DNA of 64,000 nucleotides from Mytilus californianus. Taxonomy: Eukaryota. The stretch is taken from positions 16,864,001 through 16,928,000 of the forward strand of contig NW_026262668.1 of assembly GCF_021869535.1 (NCBI RefSeq), read 5' to 3'. Below the pieces are notes generated by a model. It saw only the letters and a program-made list of their open reading frames with translations, was not told where the DNA came from and searched no databases. This document shows positions 1 through 21,649 of this stretch, in pieces. The position numbers and the translations under genes were made by a program. Every line of letters begins with the position of its first letter. Within the stretch, counting starts at the first letter, position 1.

Positions 1-176
1 TTATCTTTATGTACTTCATTCTTTATGACAAAAAACAATTTCATAAATGATCACAGTTTTGTTTAAATTGATTCACAAGAAAAAAGAGTTTTGTTCCCAC
101 ATGATAAAGTCAACATAAAATGCCATTCCATGACGTGTCCATAATTCCTCCAAACATTATAAAGATCACAGTTTGT

Positions 177-10327
<10,151 letters not shown>

Positions 10328-11484
10328 TGTTTTATTAATAGTTCTTGTTAATTATTAACAACCTGTCAAATACAAACAAAATGTTGTTATTTTAGACTGT
10401 TACAGCAACCAAATACAGGGATAAAATCCTCATATAAACTCTTGGGATGAAGCTAAAAATCATGCATTAAAGACTATTTTTGTTTCCCAAACTGATTTTA
10501 TTACATCAAGAATAAGCGAGTAATATTTGGACAACCAAAATCAAGTAAAAATAAACTTAAATTAAATAGAAATTTAAAAATCTCTCAGTAGTACTTTCTA
10601 TAATTAAAGATTAAAAGCAGGCATCATTGACCACACTGACACATTCAATTATTTTCAGTAGTTCACATATATTACACTGCTTAACTGTTAAGTTAGTTTT
10701 GGCCTATCAGAGACATGTATTAGGTCAACTAAGTCCATCCTAAAAACTTGGTTTCCATCACCCAAACCTACATTGTACATCAAGTCTGTTGTTTTTTTTT
10801 TTTATTTAGTGTAAATATTTTTTGCAGGGATCTTCCCATGTCTGATGAAGATTTTCCAATATAGAATTTGCATCAATATACTTTGTTATCTTCAGAGGTC
10901 AAAATAGCTTATGCCTTTGTTTCATGTCATTCCCAATTTCCCTCCCATTTAACTTTGACAATATTGATATTTTCATACTTTGAATAGTGATGGATGCAAG
11001 ACCAATTATTTTTTGCGTCATTTCATTTGATAAGAAAAGATCAACTTTATAAACTCTTTTACTGTCTCAGACTAATTTAATGATTAATGTAAACGTTGAT
11101 TTGTTAATCATGTAAATCATATCAATAAAACCATGTATACATGTAATTAAAAATTGTCAATCCCCATATAGTAAAACAGGTCAAATTCAATACTTAAATC
11201 CTATATCGAAATTAGATATATATATTTTAAATAACATGCATGACATAGTAAGGATATTGGACACTTTTTCAGATACAAGTTGACTACGGTAAAAGTTTCC
11301 ATTGCTAGAACTTTGCAGTTAACTTGCTTCAGCATTAAGGTTCATGTGGACCCTTTGGCTAAAATGGCTGAATTTTCACCTTAAAATTTACTCTGAGTAC
11401 AGACAAATCGGAGTATCTGGAAATATTTTAAGGCATGCTCTACATAAATAAAATTCAAATACATTTTAAGTTTTAGAAAATAAA

Positions 11485-12079
11485 TAAATGGGGAATGTTT
11501 CCATGGGACACAGATGATGCCCCCGCTTGCATATCATATAAAGTTATAAAGGGACATAACTGAAGAACGGTAAAAGTGACATTACCCAAATTTGTTATTG
11601 ATCTGAGTTTTGTAGTAATAAGTATTGTGTATAAGTTTCATTACATTTGGTTGAGTCAAACTTAAGTTAGAGAATGGAAACGAAAAATTCAGCAATTTTT
11701 CCTTTTGTAAAGGGGATCAACTCTAGAACAGTAAAAGTGACACCAACAAAATTCAAAGTAGATCTGTGTTTTGTGGTAATAAGAATTGTGTATAAGTTTC
11801 ATAACATTTGGTTGAGACTAACTTAAGTTAGAGAACGGAAACGAAAAATTCAGCAATTTTTCCATTTGTAAAGGGGCATTACTCTAGAACGGTTAAAGTG
11901 ACGCCACCAAAATTCAATCTTGATCTGTGTTTTGTGGAAATAAGCATTTTGTATAAGTTTCATAACATTTGGTTGAGGCAAACTAAAGTTACAAAACGGA
12001 AACCAACTTTGGGATATACGGACAGACGGACAAGGGTAAAACTTAATGCCCCCCCCCTCCGCTACGACGGGGCATAAAG
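11485..12079 (+). mobile_element. Helentron/DINE-1-like element with tandem ~157-bp repeats
   Basis: Same head, repeat unit and 3' GCCCC...GGGGC stem as 3002-4471. Confidence 0.7.
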
Positions 12080-12769
12080 ACTAAACTGGATTTTGCAGTA
12101 CACTTTTTTTCATTCCTCCAGAAGGTGCCAAGATAAACAAAGTTGGGAAAGAGGTCTGAGAACTTCCCCACAGGTAATAATTGAAGTGAACTGTATTGAT
12201 CAGGTCGGGGACAATTAAGGAAAAGTGGGATATTCCCTGTTTTCAGGGAACATCCCAGTTTTCTGGTGTTAAAAAAACCTAGTTTTACAGGGACTTCCTT
12301 TTTCTATTTCAATTTAAAGCATGAAATAAAGCGCATGTTTTAACTGCATCAGGAGTATTTGTAAATACTTAAAGAATTTCAGGAACAACAAAATATGAAT
12401 AAGTGAATCCTTGTTTTTTTTTCTAAAACTCACATACAAATCTTTTGTTAAGGAGTCAATTGACCAAGCTGCATGCTCCAGGTGTAACTGACCATAACTG
12501 AATTATATTCACTTCTATTGAAAATTTCTATTCATTGAATTTAAATGGCCAAGTGATTAAGTTATCTTTATGTCATCTCATAATTGATTATCAAGGTATG
12601 AATTGGTGAACAAAAGAATTGTTTTGTTGTGAGTTGAGCATCAAATTAGACTTGAAATTAGCTGGATTTTTGAACTAATAAAAACACTTGCTATCATAAA
12701 GCATTGTTATCACATGTAGAAGTTGCGCTTTAGTAGATTTCATACCATAAATTGAATAGGAAATAAAAT

Positions 12770-14843
12770 GCTCCGCTGGGGCGCAGCTTGATACGACCGC
12801 AGAGGTCGAACCCTGAACAGTTGGGGGCAAGTATGGACACAACATTCAAGCTTGATACAGCACTGAATTTGGATTGTAATTAAATATTTGACACAGCATA
12901 GGTTTCTGACACAGAATGAAAGTGGTCTAAGAACTTAAAAATTTTCAATTTACCTATTCATACATGTGATGGACTGTGAAACTCAGATCAGGAGATTGGG
13001 AAATTTTGGTCAGGAGATTAGGACTCAGATCAGGAGGTTTTTAATCGACATTAATTTTGTTGTAAATGTAACCGTGTGCTGTAAAAATGGTCTTTTAAAG
13101 TGTGTTTTCTTCAACTTTCCATCCAATTTATTATGTTTATAGTACCCTTGTACTTATAAAGTTTCTCCATCTTTATATTCTACATGTTCAATCTAACATT
13201 GTATTTTTCCAGTATGTTCTTTAAATTTTTTACTTCATATTCTATAAAACAATCATTGCAACCAGAACATTTGTTTAGCTATCTGCAAATAGTTTTTATT
13301 TTTTTTTTTTCTCTTGCAAATAGTTTTTATTTGCAAACTCAGAAAATCATTTTAACTGTAAAATTAGGGTCATAGTTATTATATAAATTTCAATTTAAGC
13401 CTTGAAAGGAAGTCTAGAATCCTCAAATAATTTTCAAATTATTATTTTTTTATTTGTCCTAAGACATTTAAAATCATTTAATAACCATCCTTTTATGATT
13501 ATTTGTTCAATTTATATTTTATTTATATTCTTTTAAAAATTTTCATTATTAAAAGGAAAGTAACTTAAAACAGGATAAATCAAGGGAAGTAACCCAATAA
13601 ATACACAGTTTTTGTTACACAACGGCAGTTAGCCTGAGGTAAAAATCGTTGATTACCTGTATGTTTGACACCCAAGCTGACAAGTGAAGCCATATAATTA
13701 TGCATGTTAATTGATTTACAGGTAAAATATAACTTCAGGTAATGTCAGTTACACCAGATGCCTGAGATGATATGTTGGGCAGAAATTTTTCATTCATGAA
13801 AAATTTCATACACGGGATTTTTTCCTCTTCAACGGGAGGTCGGGAGGAGACCCCTGAAAACGGGATTATTGTACTCCCGTCGGGAGGTTCACATGTATGC
13901 CTATTCAAACCATATCATTATTATTTGCTTTTATATATAAATCAGAAATAACCAATTTAAAATGGAAAATGTTAAGAAAAAAAAGGAAAAAAAAATCCCC
14001 CCCCCCCAATTTTTTGAACCCCCTTATGATTCATCACCCCCAAACTCAATCCCAGCTTTCCCTTTGTGGTATGGTACCTTGCAGTACAATTTCAGAGAGA
14101 TTCATACACTTGAACACAAGTTATTGTCTGGAAACTAGAAAAATGCTTGTTTTTTGGCCCCTTTTTGGCCCCAAATTCCTAAACGTTTAGGGCAATTACC
14201 CCCAAACTCAATTCCAGCTTTCCCTTTGTGATATGGAACCTTGCAGTACAATTTCATAAAGATCCATACACTTACACACAAGTTATTGTCATGAAACTAG
14301 AAAAATGCTTGTTTTTTGCCCCTTTTTGGCCCCTAATTCCTAAAATTTGGAGGAAATTACCCCAAAAATCAATCCCAGTATTCCCTTTGTGATATGGAAC
14401 CTTGTAGTACAATTTCATAAAGATCCATACACTTACAAACAAGATATTGTCATGAAACTAGAAAAATGCTTGTTTTTTGCCCCTTTTTGGCCCCCAATTC
14501 CTAAAATTTGGAGGCAATTACCCCCAAAATCAATCCCAGCATTCCCTTTGTGATATGGAACCTTGTGGTACAATGTCAGAGAGATCCATACACTTACACA
14601 CAAGTTATGTCTGGAAGTTACAAAAATGCTTATTTTTGGCCCCTAATTCCTTAACTGTTAGTACCATAACCCCCAAAATCAATCCCCACCTTCCTTTTGT
14701 GGTATTGAACCTTATGGTAAAATTTCATTGAGATCCATTCACTTAAACTAAAGTTAGAGTGCGAAAACTAATGTGTATTCGGACGACGACGCCAACGTCA
14801 TACCAATATACGACCACAAAAATTTTTTTGCGGTTGTATAAAA
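12770..14843 (+). mobile_element. Helentron/DINE-like element with tandem repeats, split by a TIR insertion
   Basis: Head GCAGCTTGATACGACCGCAGAGGTCGAACCCTG (also at 7270 and, reversed, at 44520); repeats 14030-14730; GACGACGACG and a 3' palindrome. Confidence 0.6.
12959..13899. mobile_element. Non-autonomous TIR element
   Basis: TIR CATACATGTGA / TCACATGTATG; CCTATT duplicated on both flanks. Confidence 0.65.
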
Positions 14844-15107
14844 AGAAGTCCCTATTTACTGGGGTTTTTTAACATTAGAAAACTAGGGTGTACCCTGAAA
14901 ACAGGGAATACCCCCTTTTCCTGACTTGAGCCCAACCTGTTGATTGACAGGACAATAGATAACTGACAATAAAAGGCTATTTAAACTGTGTACCTGATTG
15001 GACCACATCTAGTGAAACTCAATTGTTAATTTTATTATCTACTGCAGGGATGAAAAAAAGTGCACAGCATTATTCATCATTAAACAACATTTGAATGTAT
15101 TTAAATA

Positions 15108-15242
15108 AGTTGGTACGAGTTTACAATGGTATGAATTTACTGTGGTACGAGTTATCAGTGGTACGAGTTTGCATTGGTACGAATTTGTTTTTAGTGGTAC
15201 GAGTTCACATCGGTACGAGTTTGCAATGGTACGAGATAACTA
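15108..15242 (+). repeat. Minisatellite of ~15-21-bp units with core TGGTACGAGTT
   Basis: About 8 copies read directly. Confidence 0.85.
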
Positions 15243-15359
15243 TAATTCCACGGGAAGGCTTCACAGTAGTAGGACATATTTTCTTTCAATTGACCCTTTC
15301 AATTAATGTTGGTAGATAGTCAGGTGCCTGTGGTCTAATGTTGTATTTTTTCGTTCGTA

Positions 15360-15452
15360 GAATAGTCGTGTGCCGGTTTCCTTCAAACCGGCACACGACT
15401 ATTCAAAGATTGCAAAAAATTGCACAACAAACCGGGTTTGTTGTGCAATTTT
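15360..15452. repeat. Two tandem perfect palindromes (20-bp and 18-bp stems)
   Basis: 15360-15404 GAATAGTCGTGTGCCGGTTT-CCTTC-reverse complement; 15416-15452 AAAATTGCACAACAAACC-G-reverse complement. Confidence 0.95.
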
Positions 15453-15784
15453 GAAGTAAATTTAAAGAAGGAAAAGGGAAATTTCTTTGACGCTTAAGCG
15501 ACAAATAAATAAAGTTTTTTCATCATATGCAGTGTAAATGTTTAATTCATACAGCTATGTAATTTATAAGGTATGCATTTTCAAGTTTCCTTTAAAAAAT
15601 GGCGTCTGTATTTGGGCCCAGTTTGGCAATACATTGTTGAGGGCGACATTTGCTTTGTCTTTCTAATAGATACGAGAAAAAAATATGAAATTATGGATTA
15701 TATGACTGAAATGTGAATCTAAAATATACTGATGTATACACCAAAATGTGATTGTAAATGGATATTAACAACAACGAAATTTAC

Positions 15785-15850
15785 CTTTACAGAAGATAGA
15801 CGCCACAGGAAGTACGTTGTCTGTAAAAGAACCAATGGAAATGGTTGTTA
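15785..15850 (-). promoter_or_regulatory. Probable DDX39 core promoter and short non-coding first exon
   Basis: On the minus strand: ATTGG (CCAAT box), ACTTCCTG (ETS-like), then CTGTAAAG|GTAAAT donor at 15785/15784. The first coding exon has an acceptor at 10362, so an upstream exon must exist. The exact TSS is unknown. Confidence 0.55.
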
Positions 15851-16059
15851 AAAATAGAGCTTGTTTTGTACAGTTATCCGAATTGTATGCAAAACGAATA
15901 AATAACTCAACTTTACAACAAAGTTTTCTGTACGTTACGTTATAAATCGTTAACATTATCACACAATATAACACTTGCATTGTGGTTTGGTATACAAAGT
16001 ATATCTATTTTCGATTCAGTGCCGATTGCCGAAGGAGTAAACTGAAATCAGTTTGGAAG

Positions 16060-16065
16060 GTGTGT

Positions 16066-16109
<44 letters not shown>
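16060..16109 (+). repeat. (GT)n followed by a 30-nt G homopolymer
   Basis: Read directly. Confidence 0.95.
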
Positions 16110-16111
<2 letters not shown>

Positions 16112-16487
16112 AAACTTCTTTTAAAACTGACAAGAAAAAACAACCGTTTATGATCTAGAAGTTTTCTTTTTTTATTTGCAATAAAACTAGTGTGCTCTTG
16201 GGGATGGGACTATCATTGCACGCCCAAGCATAAAAAAATGAAAATGTTACTGATGACAAGAGAAACATGGAGTGCTTAAACGTAAAAGAGATTAATGGAT
16301 TAAAAATAACTAAGAAAGGAAAATTAGGGGACTCCTATGTATCTTTATTTTGTTCCCTTTCAATATACAGTTTACTTTTTACCTATCTATTACCTTATTT
16401 GTTTTTGAGAAAATAGGCGGCAAAACAGGAATTATCACGGTCATAAATAACATCTTATATTGCTGATAGTTTTGCTTTTTTAAACTG

Positions 16488-17452
16488 AGGGGCATTAGCT
16501 ACGAGATATAAAAAAAATCATATTTTGTTCAATCATTAATGAAAGTGAAATAGTGAAACAATAATTCGCTTTTAGCAGCCAATTTGGTTCAATTTTGTCA
16601 AAATAAACTAAGTGCTGTTACACCACTGTCCCAGGTTAGGAGAGGTTTAATTTGTTTTGTTATAAATTATGCTGTTAGTTTTCTCAATTGAATTGTTTTA
16701 TTTTTTTCATGTCGGGGCCTTTTATAGCCCGGCGACTATACGGTGTGGGGTTTTCTCATTGTTGAAGTCCGTACGGTTGCCTATTATTGCGTACATCCAC
16801 TTTATTTGAACTTTGTTGGATAGTTGTCTCATTGGCAATCATACCTCATCTCCTTATTTTTATAAGAAACGATGGAATAATTCGACCTCATTAAATCCGT
16901 ACTCATGCTGGGACTATTATACTAATATAACCACTATTACTAGTTTAATACTGAGTTCCATATTCATGTGACCTCCAATGTAACCCCTTAGCCAGAGATG
17001 GGTTACGCACGTATTCCGCTATTAAAAGGAAAAAAATGTCAACATTGAAAGTGAAACAAGGATGAACCATTTGGTTGACTGATTCGATCCACAAAACATT
17101 ATTCTTGTACAGGTAAAAACGATGTTAAACATACTTTTTGACCTATGCTATGAAATCAAACAGATATAGAAAAATCCAATTGCACGTGGTTTCTATCTAT
17201 TTATATTTATGTTTATATCGATATATATGAGCGTCGACAGTCTTCGTAGGTAATCACGATAGTTAATTAGATGATTTCTTAGCATCTAGACAAAAAAATA
17301 CATGAAATGAGGATACATATTATCGATTCCATGCATTGTTAATTGTTTATTTTAGACTTTTTGTAATTTGGATATACGTTTTAGTATGTTATGAATCAAA
17401 TATGAGAAATTGGGTCAAATCGGTGAACATAAATTTGACAGCTAATGCCCCT
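16488..17452. mobile_element. Kolobok-like MITE with a nested dispersed repeat at 16615-16865
   Basis: TIR AGGGGCATTAGCT / AGCTAATGCCCCT; TTAA on the right flank only. Confidence 0.5.
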
Positions 17453-17667
17453 TTAAGTTTCAAACTATCTATTATATAGTTTCGAGATAATAGCTAGGCA
17501 AGGGCATTTAACTCCTTTAACGAGTCAATTGACCGGCAATTTCGGCCATGTTGCAAAATTGTAAAAGTGCATGGGTTAAAATCGTCTTTTAGAGTGATTA
17601 CACAAATAAGGAGTCAATGGAAAATTTCTGCCAAGTTGAATTATTTGAAGATCTTATAATACTGAAC

Positions 17668-19615
17668 ATAAAATTGAGAATCGAAATGGGGAATATATCA
17701 AAGAGACAACAACCCTACCAAAGAGCAGACAACAACCCGACCAAAGAGCAGACAACAACCCGACCAAAGAGCAGACAACAACCCGACCAAAGAGCAGACA
17801 ACAGCCAAAAGCCACCAATGGGTCTTCAACGCAGCGAGAAAATCCCGCACCCTTATATGGTCCTCAGCTGGCCCCTAAATAAAATTGTGTACTAGTTCAG
17901 TGAAAATGGACGTCACATTAAACTCCAAAACATATAAATGAACTAAAATTAAAAAACATACAAGACTAACAAAGGCCAGAGGCTCCTGACTTGGGACAGG
18001 CGCAAAAATGCGGCGGGATTAAACATGTTTTGTGAGATCTCAGCCCTCCCCCTATACCTCTAGCCAATGTAGAATAAATAAACACATAGCAATACGCACA
18101 GTAAAAGTCAGTTCAAAAGAAGCCCGAGTCCGATGTCAGAATAGGTAACACAAGAAACTAAGCAAAATGACAATGATACATAAATGAACAAAGGACTACT
18201 AGCAGTTACTGACATGCCAGCTCCAGACCTCAATTAAACTGATTGAAAGATTATGTCTTCATCATATGAAAATCAAGTACAATCCCTCCCGTTAGGGGTT
18301 TAGTATTATTCCATCATAAAATATATGAGAAGAACATAACCCGTATCATGCCAACAACTGGTTTTACAATACATGTGTTTATTTCCGATGCAAAGACCCT
18401 AAGAGTGAATCAATATTAATACCAAAATATGCAATTCTTAATGACTTGACAACAGTATCGTAACTATATCCTTTCCGAATAAGTCTGTTCAAAGGTTTGG
18501 TTAGCTTTTGAGGTGAATGCCGACATTTTTGTGCTTTGTAAAGAATATTACCATAAAATATTGGATGTGAAATACCTGAACGTATAAGATGTCTGCATGT
18601 TGATTTATATTTTCGAATGATGTCCTTGTACCGATGATAAAATTTAGTAAATGTTTAGACTAGTTTGTGATATCGAAAACCCTAGTGTAATAATTTTTCA
18701 GTAATACAGAGATTTCTTTCGTTGAAATCAAATACGTTGTTACATACACGAGCGAATCGAACAAGTTGAGATATATAAATACCATAAGATGGCGACAAGG
18801 GAACGTCACCATCTAAAAATGGATAATTAACAATAGGAAATGAAAAATCATCTCTTTTATCATAAATTTTGGTATGAAGCTTCCCGTTAAAGATAAAGAT
18901 ATCATTAGTATTAGCTTTATTTAAAGTCAGTTCTGCAGGATAAATCTCTTTAGTGTACATACTGAAGTCGTCATTATTGAGAGCCAATATATCATCTAAA
19001 TATCTAAAAGTGTTATTAAATTTTTGGATCAGATGTTGTTTCGATGGGTCTTTGCTGATTTTAGTCATAAATTGTAACTCATAACAATACAGAAACAGGT
19101 CCGCAATAAGTGGTGCACAGTTAGTCCCCATGGGAATTCCGATAACCTGACGATATACGGAATCTCCATAGCGAACAAAAATGTTATCTAATAAAAATTC
19201 AAGGGCAGTTATAGTATCAAAGCAGGTCCAATTGACATAGTTCTTTTGTTTGTTGTTACTAAAAAATGACATAAAAGAGTTTGAACATATATATTCGCAT
19301 TCCGACTTTTTAAATGCCCATTTAATCAGGTGTGTGAATTTTTTCTTAATAAGATTATGAGGCAACGTGGTATATAAGGTAGAAAAATCAAAACTTTGAA
19401 CAGATTCGAAATCACTAATATAAGCATGCAATTTATCAAGTACTTCCAACGAATTTTTGACACTCCAAAGGCCTTATTTGAACAATTTATTACCAGGTTT
19501 TTTATTGTACCAAGTGTACTAGTAACTAGAATAGATAGTTTAGTAGTGAAACAATCGGGCTTGAAGATATATACATCTATATTTGTAAGGAGTTGTGTGC
19601 AGCTTCGGAATATAC
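17668..19615 (-). mobile_element. 5'-truncated, decayed Penelope-like retroelement (RT at the C-terminus, Naiad-like)
   Basis: RT motifs DFSTLYT, GIPMGTNCAPLIADLFL, RYLDD and YDKRDDF. The frame continues through in-frame TAG and TAA stops to a final TAA at 18379 with no GIY-YIG domain; a ~700-bp 3' region follows, including a 21-bp tandem repeat near 17715-17805. Confidence 0.85.
18379..19615 (-). pseudogene. Penelope-like reverse transcriptase remnant
   Basis: ORF 18682-19449 plus flanking in-frame fragments; nonsense codons and an apparent short deletion between TLNKANTN and DIFIFNGK. Confidence 0.85.
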
Positions 19616-19654
19616 AATTTCTATCTATAACAGTTTCTGCAAAAAATAAAATAT

Positions 19655-19866
19655 AAGAGGGCGTGGAAGGGGGTTTACAGAATAGAGAATAATGGGCAAA
19701 AAATATAAAGAATAGAGAAAAATGGACCAAAAAAATAAAGAATAAAGAATAACGAGTTGCTGAAATACAAAGAATAGAGAATAATAGGCAAAAAGTATAA
19801 GGAATAGAGAAAAATAGCCTAAAAATTACAAAATACAGAAATGAAGGACCCCCGTCTAGACCCTCA
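19655..19866. mobile_element. Small MITE with internal AGAATAGAGAA repeats
   Basis: Imperfect TIR GAGGG...GGGGGT / ACCCCC...CCCTC. Confidence 0.45.
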
Positions 19867-20802
19867 TATAACACAAAAACAATGGTAAAAATCGTCTTTA
19901 ATTAAGATCAATTACATCTAGAGGGAGTCGATAAATTGACAAATTCGTCATTGTTGACTTATATATATCAGAGACAAATAAACAAGTCTAAATTGAAAAC
20001 AACGTTCAAACCTATGATTGCGTTGGATAAAAACCGCAATTTTTATAAATACGTGTGCATGTAAAACAAATTTCTTGGTAGAGGGGTCTAAATACAGCAC
20101 AAACAACATTTTCCAAAAGACCAAAAAGTGAAAAGTATATTTTAACAAAACGCATTTGACTAACACTAACAGGTCGAACAACTGATGTACTTAAACCCTG
20201 CTGACTGCCATTGGCGATTGCCAAATAAATTGATCACCAGATGTAACATGGATCAGAGACATATATAATACACAGACGGTCTATCTTATTTGTTGACTGA
20301 ACAGTTTTGAATTATTATTTCTCCTTATCTATTAGTTTCTGCCAAAATTGCGAAAATTATTAACATTGATAATAAAAATTGTAATGTCTCTGACCCAAAA
20401 TGTAGATTTTACCAGACATATAATAACATTCTTTAAAAAAAAATTAATAAAATGTATGGGTCACCTTGCTATAAGTTACCCAAGCTACAAGTCGTGCATA
20501 GATTGTTCATGAAAAACACTTTTTTGTGATGTCCAGTAATGGCGTACAAATAGCGATAATGTGTATGAGATCAAAAGTACGTGAAGATTACGTACAAGAC
20601 ATTCAAAATTTTGGCGGCTCGAACTTTACAGAAATTATTTTAAGATAACCTTTTTTTTAACCAATCAAAATTCAATTTAGAAGTCGGAGCTAAAAGTCAA
20701 ATGATATAGACTGGTACCGGAGTCGTATTACCTAGTGCCTACATTAAAACTAAAAGGTCACGGGTACCAGATTACAGGTGAGACTGGGCACAGGTAAACA
20801 CA

Positions 20803-21649
20803 ATGACCAGCATAGAAGCTTGGAATAGTACAGACGGTCTACCAAGACAATTTTTATCCTCTTTAAGAACTTTATTCGATATATTAGATGAGAAAAAATG
20901 TGGCTATGTTAGGCTTCAAGATATTGAAACCAGATGGCACGAAGAAGGCGTGAAAGGGCTCCCAAGTGGAGTTACAGATGCACTAAGAAAAGTCGTACCA
21001 CCAAATGGTTATCTTAGCTTTGAACGCTTTGTATCAGGGCTAAAGTTAGCACTGTTGACAAGTAAAACCAAACCGAATAGCAATCCGGTCAATGAAAAAG
21101 AGAACATTGATTACAAAGACAACCAAAGAAATAAACTTCCAAGTCAGGGCCCACAAAATTCAAATTTACAATACAGACAGCGACATACCAGACAAAAATT
21201 AACAAGTACATCACTGTCACCAGACCCAATAAATTCAAAGAACAATTATGATGAAAGGACGAATCCAAATATCTTACAAAATTTGTCAAACCAAAGACCT
21301 CAGAATGTTAACCCAACTGCCACAGTTCCGCCAAATAATGTACATGGTCACATTCCAACTCCGGCGTGGAAAAATCCCACAAATCGTGAACAGAAGAGTG
21401 AAAAATCATATCGCAGGGAAGGATATCAAAATGCACAGTCAGCACCACCTCCAAGACCAGATCGATCTCCACAAAAGACCCAGTCTGAACTGCCTCCAAA
21501 GATTCCACCTAGAGGAAACACAAGTAAAAGGATTATAAGTGAACTTAAAAATTGGCAGCAACGAATGCATGGAATACAGCAATCTAAAGACAAATCTACA
21601 ATTGATTCAAAGTCTCCGGAACAAAGTTCTGCCCAGAATGAAATATATG
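20803..21649 (+). CDS. SAPCD2: SAPCD2-like exon 1
   Basis: Long ORF, donor TATG|GTAAGA. Confidence 0.9.

Larger units (their letters stand above)
12094..15069. mobile_element. Element with ~200-bp diverged inverted arms, carrying nested insertions
   Basis: 12094-12300 is the diverged reverse complement of 14845-15069 (GT(A/G)CACTTTTTTTCAT..., TATTCCCTGTTTTCAGGG..., AGGGACTTC). Confidence 0.55.

Noticed and set aside
13897-15319. Several 68-97-aa ORFs in the track
   Set aside because: They are translations of tandem-repeat elements and a minisatellite
19326-19874. 182-aa ORF in the track
   Set aside because: A chance frame fusing a low-complexity MITE with a PLE fragment
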